64,000 bases of DNA from Antedon mediterranea. Its lineage: Eukaryota > Animalia > Echinodermata. The first letter of the stretch is position 1; the number at the start of each line of letters is the position of its first letter. The translations under genes were made by a program, and so were the position numbers. A model generated the notes under the pieces. That model saw only the letters and a program-made list of their open reading frames with translations. It made no database searches and was not told where the DNA came from. This document shows positions 1 through 12,700 of this stretch, in pieces. The stretch spans positions 32,848,388-32,912,387 of the forward strand of contig NC_092670.1 of the NCBI RefSeq assembly GCF_964355755.1, read 5' to 3'.

Positions 1-249
1 GATGAAGAAACAGCATGTAAGGCAATCGATGGCCATACGAGGTCAAAGTGCAATCCATATGCGTCTAGTGATCTAGGAGTTAGTGGGCCTACATCGATGT
101 CTGAAAGATGTCAGGAGAAAGAACGCCAACTTGACCTCGAGGCAGAAAGTGACCAAGAAAGACGCTATTTTACGTTAGAAAAACCAGATGCTGAGAGTTT
201 CAGTAAGCCTGAATCATTATATGCTTCAATCGAAGAAGAACGTTTATAA
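1..249 (+). CDS. 3' end of an upstream gene; probably the cytoplasmic tail of a membrane receptor with tyrosine motifs
   Basis: Frame 1 is open from base 1 to TAA at 247-249 (DEETACK...NPYASS...RRYFTLEKP...PESLYASIEEERL*). It is more GC-rich than the AT-rich sequence that follows, which has AATAAA at about 389 and 430. The start lies outside the window; the receptor call is an inference. Confidence 0.65.
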   Translation, partial: DEETACKAIDGHTRSKCNPYASSDLGVSGPTSMSERCQEKERQLDLEAESDQERRYFTLEKPDAESFSKPESLYASIEEERL

Positions 250-2697
250 AATAATATTTATGTTAATGTTAATCAAAATACAAAAAGTGTCTGGTACTAT
301 TTGCACTTTCAATCCGAAACTGCTTGATAGTGATTTTTTAATTTGTAAGGTTATTTCTACAATCAAAACTCAATTTTTGTTTATTATAGAATAAATAATT
401 TTGATAATAGGCCTATATAATAACTTTTTAATAAAAAGCAGATGATGTTTGAAATAAATAAGAAATGTAAATTAACTACTGTTCATAACTAGTATGAGCA
501 TGAATTATTTTAAATTAATAGTAAATATTAAATAAAGGGTTCAGTTTTATTTTAGTAAAATTTGACTAAAGTTATCAATGTATATAATATAATGACAATA
601 TCATTACTATTAATATGTTTTGTAACAGTCAGTCTGTATCTGCCCTGTTGGCTTGGGTATTAAGTGGAAACAATACTAAGGTCGAAATTCTCCATAGATC
701 ATCTTTTCATTTCTCAGACAATGTCTAAAGTTTAATATACATCAATTGTGGCTTAGGTTACCATAATATAACATTTATAAGTTGTAGACGTCTGTCATAA
801 TATTGTTCTCCTAAATTTTAATTTGGAATACATGAATTATTAATATTAATACCGTATATATATCATTATTCGTTAACAACAAATTTGTATACCATTATAA
901 ATAAAGAAACGAATGTACCGAACTGTTATTAGGATTAAATGCGAAACTTAGATTATTAAATTTTCTCAATGTTAAATTTATTTGTAATAAAAATTGTACT
1001 AAACTAATTAAATATTACAAAATCAAACCGTGTATCATTTAACTTTATAATTTTGTTATATGTAAGCCTAAAAAATGCAAATGCATAGATAACAATATTA
1101 AGAAAATGTTATGAAACAAAGCGAAACAGTTAAAATAACAACATGTAATGTCGGTGTTCTTGACCTTCTATCACGTGATATTAATAATCCCGTGGTCGTA
1201 TTCACCAATCACACTTAAGTATGATTATTTTACTTAATTAATAATATTTCAATAAAGTCAATAGGTATTTTAGAATGGTTGGTATTTGTAGGTACCAGAA
1301 GTTTTTCAAATGTTGAATTTGTGTGAGTGGTAAATAAGTGGTTACTTTTATATGAACACAAAGAACAGTAACACCAGTGCACGTTAGTAAACATTTTTAA
1401 AATGTTGTACCGTAAACTAGAAGCATAATTTCAAGTTTGACTAATTCCGGGCATTTTAATATCCAAAAGCTTTTATTTTTGGCGAAGTAATCAATGCTTT
1501 ATTTATGCAACTATGTATTGGTATTTTTTTTAATCATTTTTTTTACTGAAAGTTAAAAGGTTTATACAATTATGACAGACAGTGAATATTCAAATCACCT
1601 ATGTTAAAAAAATTGCTCTTCGATACTGAACAATCTTTTCACTCTAACTTTCAGGCGACAACTTGTAAGTTTATAATTAAAATGCCGTTGACAATTACAT
1701 TTATCATAATTAAAAGCAATCAATTTGCAGGCCTATTATTTGCGTGCGATAATACATGTAATCACTTTATATAAAGCCCATAGGCGCTAATCGGTGTGTT
1801 GAATGACGATCAAACATGAATAACAGGATAATCATGATAATGAATTACATCGTGTGAATGCACATCGTTTTTCACACATCCCCGTTATCCCAAGGGAGTT
1901 AAACATACGTTCTTAGTAATCCAGAAAAAAAGAGGTAGCCGAAGTTATGTTTTCCTCCTTTTTTCCTATTATGATATTTATTTTTTTCATAAGTAAAAGT
2001 GGCAAATAGGATTAATCAAGCCCGAAACAGGTTGTTTAAAATTTGGAATATCAGATTACCGTAGATATTGGCTGAATTCAAGCTTCTTATAAAAACCTAT
2101 TCACTGATGTTCATCGTACATAATATATACATTTAAAATAATTATAAGGAGTAGATGTACGAGTGGATGAAATATATATTTAGAATGTTACGCCAATACA
2201 TTTTATGCCCCACTTATTTATACAAACAATATAAGTAAATCAAAATACACGCAGAAATACAGTAAAAATATATAACATGAAGACTAGTTAAAAAATCCCT
2301 AATCGGCTCTATTTTTAAAAAGGTTCCCTTTGTTTTAAAATCTTCTATATATTTACAATTGTTTGCTGATTACTGTTATTGTTAATTTGATTTTATTTTA
2401 TAAATTCAAATAGAAATGAACACATTGACGAAGACAATTTCAATACGATCAACATAAATTAACAGAACCAATATTATAACTACAAAGCAGATGTACATAT
2501 AGAGGATTTTCCGCCCTGTATACAGTCCTCGAAGGAAATAATTATACCGTATTACATATTGAAATCACGAAATATATGTTTTAATATTCAACTTATAAAA
2601 GAAGCTTGTATGCAAACGACGATGCGTTTATTCACACCGGGAAAACGTAAGAACGAGAAATCTGAAACATAATTAGATGTCCCTTGCTATCCCAATA

Positions 2698-2998
2698 GTT
2701 TGGGAGCAGGAACGCTAGTAGACCAAACCCAGTACTGTTTTGATTACGATCAACAAACATTTTAATTTATTTATTAAGTTCAATATTAAAAATCAAAACG
2801 TGGCAGGCTATAGCGCTTGACCTTTGACAAGATCCCCTAAACTTTATAAATTTAAACTTACGATACTTACAAATATTGTATAATTATTCAGGAAAAGCCA
2901 CTCCATAAATCTTTGCTTTTCTTTTTTATATCTATATTTTTAAGTTTATACTAGTAAATATCTTTTTATTGCTATTATAATCATAACAATAAATAGTA

Positions 2999-3057
<59 letters not shown>

Positions 3058-3364
3058 TAATATTTATCGCATACAGTCTAGGATAATTAATTGATACAAA
3101 ATCATTATACCAAACTACTATCTTCTTCTCCTTATATGCGGAACATTATTTGAATAATAGAACAAGTCACACATCTACACATAATCAAACATCGTATACT
3201 CTATCTCTAACAATATTTCAATCTTCTATCGAAGTATAATCGTTATCTCGGGACCGTTCTATGTTCACCACCAGGTAGGCTTACTTTATCAAGGCTTCTA
3301 TGAATGGATGACTGGTTGGGAGCAGGAACGTTAGTAGACCAAACCCAGTACCGTTTTGATTACG
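2698..3364. repeat. ~50-bp direct repeat pair flanking a (TA)n microsatellite
   Basis: GGGAGCAGGAACGYTAGTAGACCAAACCCAGTACYGTTTTGATTACG occurs at about 2702 and 3318; (TA)n lies at about 3005-3052. Confidence 0.8.
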
Positions 3365-6300
3365 CTCATGCGGAAAATTACCTCACGACGAATAACCCCC
3401 AATCTATAAGACCGAACACTGCGCTCCCCGCGAATATTATCCCACAGAATAGAATAATCAGTTGCGTAATTGCAGATTAAAAAAGAGAGGACGGGATAGG
3501 CCTAACTAGAAACATAATGTGCAATGTCAACATTATAAGACGAAGATAAACAAGAGAAACTTATGATGATTTTGAAGTTGGTGGTGATAATGAAATTCTT
3601 TAATTTAAAACATTTTATTAGCTAATTTCAATATAATTATTCATTATAGTTATTTAGTTATTACTGAGCTGCATTCAGTATATTTAGTGGGTGTACTTTA
3701 TGTCAATAATTCTTATTGCACTTAAAGCATACGGTAAGATGTGTAATGTTATAAACGTGTTAAATAATTAATTATTAAATTATCATATTACATTTATTAT
3801 AACGAAAATAAAGATGATGATGTTGTAAATAATGATGATGGTGAGGGTCTTAGGATAATGATAATACTCTTAATACTCAATAATGATATTAATAGAAGGC
3901 CTACAAAAATGACAATAGGATTGCTGCAGCTCCTAATCCAGTGAAAAGATATAAAACTAAATCATAGCATTCTAGACAACGTGAACGAAGTCGAGGCACA
4001 AACTAAATGTGCAATTGTAAACTTAAGGAAAGAATGAGAAGTAAAAAACATATCCGACCTAGATTCATCATTAAAGAAACTTTAAAAAGTATCTCAAATT
4101 TCTTTTCTGTAGGCGTGGGTAAAGTTATTTAAATTTATAAAATGTAATCCTGTGTTTAATGCACATTAATAATATTTAAAACACTTGTGCTGATAATCTA
4201 AAGTAAATTGCCTAAATTAATATTTCATTAAGTTAAAAGGTTTCATTACTATCGATTCGTTTAGTTTTGTCGATAAAACTAGAGAAAGGTAAAATTAGCC
4301 GTCTTTTAATTTCTACACGCAATCCGTAAATACTCTCAGACGGTGTTCTAAAAGAACATAGGGCTAATCAACGGATGTAAATGTTTGTATTTAAGCCAGC
4401 AATCTAGGTTGGTGATGATAGTATAAAGCTATTAGTAAATTACATAATTATAGAGGCGTTTCGATGATAATGCTTGGACGTATCCTCGATTTTAATACTA
4501 TTGTGAGTAAAATTGTTCGGTATGCGTTAATTAAAGGGCTTTCACTATAAATTATACAACATTGCTTTGCTATACTTATAACGATTAGAAAATAGGAAAT
4601 GTAGTTAATTTGTGACGAATTAGACGGATTGACTTAATCAAAGAGAAAAGTAGCAACTGCTGTAATAGGCCTACTCTTTTTTACACAAAAACCATGGCAC
4701 TATTTTATTTCAAAATATTCTTATTGAATATGTTTGTTGTTTCTATTTGCTCGCTGAAAGTACCACTTGGATATATTTATTATGCCATTATTTTTTTTTG
4801 TGGTGGCCCACGTTTCAATTGTTTTCATAATAAATAAATTTGCATTTGGAATTCCTTCTTGATTTTAGCCCTTTCAATTTAAACAATACTAATTTAGTAA
4901 GAACAAGGGTGTAACGCAACGTAATTGGTTTTGCCAATCACAGGCGATGAATTATTCGAACAGTCGCTTGTCATTGGTCAACTCGCTTGTTGCGTCTATG
5001 TCCTTGCGTCTCCGTCCTTGCGTCTCTGCTATGAAACTAACTGTAATTTGACCAATCACGATGCGATGGACCATCCGAACTTTCGCTTGTGACTAGTCAA
5101 TTTAGTTGTGTTGCGCCTACGTCATTGTGTTGCGTCCTAAGTGGGAACAATGAGTGCTACCTATGTTAATGTCATACAATATTAATTTTATTTGTGTTTG
5201 TTATTAATATATTATTCGTCAACTACACTATTATTTATAAATAATTTAGTAACATACAACTACCATGAGAGTATGACTTAATAAGACTAAGTAGCCTGGT
5301 TAGGGATGCGCGCTCAAACTTCACATCCAAAATAAATACGCCTCAATGGTTCTTGCTTAAGTGGTAATTATATAAATAATTAAAATCATAATTAATATAA
5401 TGCAACAGGCTTCGTGGGAAATTTAATTATTTCTTTAATAAACATAAAATTAAATAACGGTCGTGGTAAACAGAATAATTATTAATAAAATGCACTATTA
5501 CACCTAGCTATTTGTTTATGTAAATAAAAAATATAAAAAAAGTATAAAATAGAAAAATAACAAACTTGAAATTAATAGAGTGAATGGTAACTCTCATAAT
5601 TGTATCTTATAACTATCATAATTATACTATTATTTGCTACTAATTAATCGGGTCATGTTATTATGAACTTGATCTCGATAGACATGTAGTTGCATTTCTT
5701 CCTTTCTATGTATCCATTATTTATCCATTTTGTATGGCTAACGTTTATATTATTATGTTTTATAGGCATGTAGACTTTTTTATTAAAAAAAAAATGGTTT
5801 GTAATAGAAACATATATAATTTTGTAGATTTTAACCTATTCTTAGTGAAAAGGATTGTACATAGGAAGCTAAAAAAATGTTCTCTGAAATTATTGAATAG
5901 GCCCAACATTATTTCAATAGAAAACGATATTTGTTAGTAATTATGTTATGACTGGGGTAATAATGTTTAGGCATACAGCGCATTATTATTATTATTATTA
6001 TTATTACTATTTATTATTACAATTATTATACTAAATAAATTACTATTTTCCCTCTTCCCGGGTTTATTATTATTATTATTATTTAAAACATAACAAATAC
6101 TTTGCCAACAAAAAGTATAATTTAAATTACACTCTTCATTGGGTAAACGAGTTTCTAATAGCAATATAACTAATTATGGAGTCTAAGTGTTAAATGTAAA
6201 CATTGCTTACGCTTGTTTTTGTGCATATAGAATGATACCGGTAGATAGTATTAGGAGATACCAATTAAAATACTAATCGTTTGCATTGTCGGAATTAGCC

Positions 6301-6488
6301 GACCGACACCGTGAACAAAACTTCGAATTAGTCCCTAATTTAACGTCAAAGAAGTATGAAAATAATGGCTTGGTTAAACCAGTCATGTAACTAATTCCTC
6401 TATTCATACCAGACACTTCTGTACACAGTACTTCGATGTACAGTTTATATAAGCCAGATCTTTCTTCCAAACTAACTTGCTGTGAACA

Positions 6489-6560
6489 CGCATGCGCAAA
6501 GCTTTCGACGAATTAGATGTAGTGTGTTTCTAGCTGGGAGATTCTGAAACGTTATATAAA
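6489..6560 (+). promoter_or_regulatory. Candidate core promoter of the PRDM14 gene
   Basis: TATATAAA at 6553-6560 and an NRF1-like CGCATGCGCA at 6489-6498, 150-220 bp upstream of the proposed ATG at 6710. Motif match only. Confidence 0.35.
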
Positions 6561-6709
6561 GGACTATTATGTTGTAACTATATGATAATCTTCGATCTTT
6601 GAAGCATAGTCACGTTAATTTATACAATAAACATTTTGTAGTATAAAAACACCTAGTTGATCGTCTGCCACTCGTCTGTAACACCTCAATACACAACCAT
6701 CAATATAAG

Positions 6710-9700
6710 ATGTCTCGCCTTCAAACTAATCCAAGGTAAGACGGTACTTTTTTTCAAATAAGTTAACGCACCGCACACATTGATAAATTTTTGTAAAATT
6801 AAAACGTGTAGCGGTACCGTAGGAAATAAACCGGTTTACATTTTACTATTTTTACTTTTTAATCCATGCCATTCGTTATGTCTCGTTAATAAAACTAGTT
6901 AAATAAAACGAAATTATTATATTGACGGTATTATAGGCCTACGAATAAAAATACTTTTTCTCACATGACCAATGAAAGTAGAATTTACAATGAAATCAGG
7001 TAACTAATGTTTGTTTGAATGAGAATACATATAAGAAAATTAAAAGAGAAAGCAAAGATCATAAAGAAAGACAAAAATGGGATGTCTGTATTTTACTTTT
7101 TGTAAAAGATCATGTGTAGGTCTACAACTTATGCCTAATTAATTTAATTTCAAAATAAATTTACATGTAAACTATGTATTACATTCAAATACATTTTTGT
7201 TTGACTGTAATTAAATACACGTAGAGAGATGTAAGTCATGTAAAATTGAATTTATGTTTTTAAAACGATAGCATTAAATAACATAATATCATTGAGTTAA
7301 CGATAGTGTTAAAATATTAAATTCTAATAAATAGGCCTATTTTAATTTTAATTTCGTTATTTTAAATAGTTTAGAATTCACTCAAATTACGTTAATTTAT
7401 TTATTTATTGTTTTTAGTTATTAGTTAGAACATAAAAGTATCCACACAATTGCTATACACTACGTTTTTTAGAAGTTACAAACATTTAATTACAACATTT
7501 TAACCACATATGATTTTGCTTATATTTTTTATTCTAAATATATTTCTAAAATATAGCCTGTTATGTTTATTCACTTATCATTCGTTTATTCAGTGAAGAG
7601 TAATAATTTAACTCTTCACTGGTTTATGAATGCATTTCTGTTTGCTTTGAACTTTAGTACGTAATATAAATTGTTTGATCTTGGAATGTTCTCCCCTAAT
7701 TGTTCCTTTTAATATTAGGCTTATTCACTTATCAATCGTGGCGTTTATGCATAGTTTTTACTTTTAAACTTACTTGTTGCTACTGTATGATAACTTTGGA
7801 AATAATTAAATGTTGAACAACATAAATTCTAAACACTTGATAATCGTAGTTGCAAGTAAACATTGTCTCATTTCCTGAAACAAACTATTGTTGATTTATC
7901 CACATTAAAGCGTGTGTACATATTTTCAAACTGTTTCCATTTTCTTTAAAACTGGTTGGAAAATTATGTAGAGACTAAATTCAAAGACATTTGGTACTCT
8001 AGGCTATTGATATTACAAGAAATATGTCATTTCTTTACAATAAATTGCTGTTCTCATCAGGTAGCCTATTCTATATCTATAAAACTAGTTTGAAAACAAT
8101 GTATGATGTGTTCAAATGTGGTGGTGTTATGCCCAAATATGGGAGTGATATTAAATCATCATATGAGCACATCACAGTTTAATAGTGTAGACATAGCTTA
8201 ATATACCAGATATAGCAACCAAAAATAGTTGCAATTTGTTGGAACTCTTTATACTGCAATGCTCTTTCTATACTATACAACTAGTTAAAAAAAAAGTGAT
8301 ATGCCAAAATACGGTAGTGAGATGATATCATCATTTCCATATAATAATAGACACTCAACATAACGTTTGATAGTGTAGACAGAACTTAATGTATGTAGCC
8401 AACTTGAGATTTTTATGGTGAGGTGTTATATCTGACTTTTTTTAGTTTTAGTTATCAATTTATGACATGGTTATGACAGGGAAGAGTAATTTCACTTTCA
8501 TGGCTATGGATAGGCCTATTTTGTAAATTACTATTATTTATATTTATATTAAATTCTGTAGTATTAAATGTATTAAATTAATATAAAACATGTATTTTAA
8601 ATAGTTTTGAATTATCTAATATAAAGGAAACAACACAAGTATATAGATAACATTTAGGAAAGCATCCTCATCAATTTATGACATGGTTATGACAGGGAAG
8701 AGTAATTTCACTTTCATGGCTATGGATAGGCCTATTTTGTAAATTACTATTATTTATATTTATATTAAATTCTGTAGTATTAAATGTATTAAATTAATAT
8801 AAAACATGTATTTTAAATAGTTTTGAATTATCTAATATAAAGGAAACAACACAAGTATATAGATAACATTTAGGAAAGCATCCTCCTTGAAAAAAAAAAA
8901 AAGTCATCAAAGATCATAAAAACAGGGATATATTCTGTTAACAGTTATACAATCTAATAAGGACAAGTAGAATATAAATCATCATACGGGCAATTTTATA
9001 GACCGAATTGACTATATAATCATTAGCCTTTGATGTATACAATATCTCTCTATATAATTAAGTGCAATAATATAATTAATTTTGGATTACATTACACGAC
9101 GACACCATTCACCAAAACAATAATTATAGTGTGGTAGATATCACTAATGTAGAATTGTACACATGTATTGTTTGGGAGCGGAAAAAGTATAATTATATCC
9201 TACAACAGTATGATTAAAAAGCGTTGTTTGATTAGAATAGTTATTCATTCACCGACTTCAAATGTAAGTCACTAATGTGTTGGAATATCATTTAAGGTTA
9301 TTTAATTTATTGGTGTCAATATAATTACATGTACCTTATCGTATTTGAGACTTAATTCAAATGGCAACAATGGAAAAGTGTCATTCTTGATTAGAGTGAC
9401 AGATATTGAATCAAATAATTACCGTAACCCAATTAACAACACGACGATGCGATAATTATATAATTAAATATACAGCTAAATCGTTGACATTTTGTGATGA
9501 TATTACAGTAATAATATGGTAAAAATAAATTAAATCAACGTAATGAGTAAAAAAACTTATCGAACTATTTAATCATTGCTGACGAAGGAACAGAGTTTTC
9601 TCACAGCCGGACGTATTTTGTTCGCTATCTTCATCTTTAATAAAACCCACTCACTGTTCCTATACAATACACCAACGTTTTCTATGCTGTTTTGTATAAA

Positions 9701-12700
9701 GGCCTATAAAAATCGATATTATGGTACTCTAACTGTATAAAGAGCGGGAGAATAAGACCTATAGAAGCACGTTTTTTTATAATTTTTTTAAAAAGTAATT
9801 TACCCTTGGATTTAGTGTAATTTCTCCCTTTTGTTGTTAACACGTTGATATGGTTTTCCTTATTTTGCGTTTAAAATGATTTGTAATACATATTATATTT
9901 AATTTATATAATACAAATACCATAGGCCTAGGTATACTTCATTGAAAACCTACAGAGCTTAAGCAAATCAATTTAAATCTAAGATGACAAAGTTTGCTTA
10001 AGCTAAAATGTATAGTGTACATTTTTGCCAGCCGGTATCAAAGAGTGAGAAATCAACACCTCTGGAAGCGATATGATAATGGTTTCATTCAGTATATTAT
10101 GTGCACAGCAAAATTTGAAATTCTAAGCAAGAAAAAAAAATCTTGTTTTAAGAAAAAATTCTTAAAATAAGTATTTTTTTTCTTGTCAAGATTTAAAATT
10201 ACTTAAAACAAGAAATAATTTTCTAGAAAAGACACATTTTCTTAAATTAAGTTTTGCAATATTCTTGAAAATGCTTATTACAAGAAATATTTTACTTAAA
10301 ATAAGAAGTCAATATCATTCTCTTCTTATTAAGAATAGTTTTGCTTAAAACAAGATTTGAAAATACTTAATTTGAAAAGTATTTTACTTAAAATAAGAAA
10401 TCTATATTATATTTATCCCTATCAAGAATATTTTTTCTTAAATCAAGATTGATGAATTATAAAAATTACTTAAAACAATCAATATTTTTCTAGGTAAGAC
10501 AAAGTTTCTTAAATTAGGTTTCGCAATAGTCTTGAAAATACTTGTTTTGAGAAATATTTTACTTAAAATAAGAAGTCAATTTCACACTACCCTTATCAAG
10601 ATTATTTTTACTTGAATCAAGATTCGCAATATTCTTGAAAATGCTTATTACAAGAAATATTTTACTTAAAATAAGAAGTCAATATCATTCTCTTCTTATT
10701 AAGAATAGTTTTGCTTAAAACAAGATTTGAAAATACTTAATTTGAAAAGTATTTTACTTAAAATAAGAAATCAATATTATATTTATCCCTATCAAGAATA
10801 ATTTTTCTTAAATCAAGATTGATGAATTCTAAAAATTACTTAAAACAATAAATATTTTTCTAGGTAAGACAAAGTTTCTTAAATTAGGTTTCGCAATATT
10901 CTTGAAAATACTTATTTTGAGAAATGTTTTACTTAAAATAAGAAGTCAATATCATACTATCTTATCAAGACTATTTTTGCTTAAATTGAGATTCGCAATA
11001 TTTTAAAAAATACTTATTTTGAGAAATGTTTTACAGTAAAATAAGAAGTCAATATCATACTATCTTATCAAGACTATTTTTACTTGAATTAAGATTCGCA
11101 ATATTCTTAAAAATACTTATTTCGAGAAATGTTTTACTTAAAATAAGAAGTCAATATCATACTACAGTATCTTATCAAGACTATTTTTGCTTAAATTGAG
11201 ATTCGCAATATTTAAAAAAATACTTATTTTGAAAAATGTTTTACTTAAAATAAGAAGTCAATATCATACTATCCTATCAAGACTATTTTTGCTTGAATTC
11301 AGATTCGCAATATTCTGATTTTGAGAAATGTTTTACTTAAAATAAGAAGTCATTATCATACTATCTTATCAAGACTATTTTTACTTGAATCAAGATTCGC
11401 AATATTCTTTAAAATACTTATTTTGAGAAATGTTTTACTTAAAATAAGAAGTCAATATCATACTATCTTATCAAGACTATTTTTGCTTAAATTGAGATTC
11501 GCAATATTTTTTAAAATACTTATTTTGAGAAATGTTTTACTTAAGATAAGAAGTCAATATCATACTATATCCTATCAAGACTATTTTTGCTTGAATTGAA
11601 GTCAATTCTATTTTAATATTCTTAAAAATACTTATTTTTTGAGAAATGTTTTACTTAAAATAGATTGTCAATATCCTTATATTCACACAACGGTAGAGCA
11701 GTTAGCACTTCAGTTTCAACTGATGAAAGAATCTGGGTAATCAAACTGTTTGTGCTTTGAATAATCGATTGCACTGCAACCTAAAGAAAATAATATTGAT
11801 TTAATATTTTTTATATTCAAGTTTTAATATGTTTAAAAATTAAGTTGTGCTTTAGTTGGGGAGCTATGCAGCCTAACAAAAAAAAATGTTATTTGTAACA
11901 ATGAAATTGGTCACAAAAAATGCAACATAAACTTTGAGTGTATAATGCCTAGGCCTAGTACCCAAGTCCTATAGTTACTATAGCTAATAGTCCTGTATAA
12001 ACAGTACCAGCAAGGCCTAGGAAATAGACGTATTTCTCTAATAAAAAATAGTTTAAAATGCATAATTGTTGTAATTTTAAAGCAAAATGGCTTACCTGTG
12101 GAATCTTGTTTCTCTCCTTTAATTTTAGTAGAAAGAAATCAGCATTTTTTATACACTATTATCTGCTTGTTCATCCTCTAGTTAGTAGGCCTTCTTGCTG
12201 AGCATCAACAAGATAATTAATATTAAACAATCATTAACAGTATAACAATACTAGAATTATCACTACTACTATCGTCAGTTGATAAATCATCCCCGTTATA
12301 ATAGTTTTTTTCTTCATTAACTTCGTCAGTCTCCTAGTCTAGGCCTAGTTCTACTTCATCCTCAATTGGCATCCTCGTTTTCTCCAGGCATACTTATACT
12401 GATGTTTCCATCGTCAACTGCAGGAGGTTGCCGATTGTTATACTCGTCCTTAAAATGGCGTCTTATGACATGCTTGTAAAACGAATTGTAAATTCCAAAG
12501 CTTGCCGGGCAGCGAACCACCAATTCCACATGTTACTCGAAAATTCGGAGTATTTCCATGAATTGAATTATAATGCCTTAGCAAATAGGGTAGCAAATAC
12601 TGTACCTACTTCAGTTTACTGGCACCAACTTATCGCTTTTTTTCGGACTGTAACAAACATGTGTCATTATTATTGTCTGTCGTATTACTGTTGGTCCAGA

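Noticed and set aside
188-394. 68-aa ORF
   Set aside because: It overlaps the more plausible frame-1 terminal exon out of frame and runs into AT-rich 3' UTR.
11321-11599. 92-aa repeat ORF
   Set aside because: Translation of the 102-bp subterminal array.
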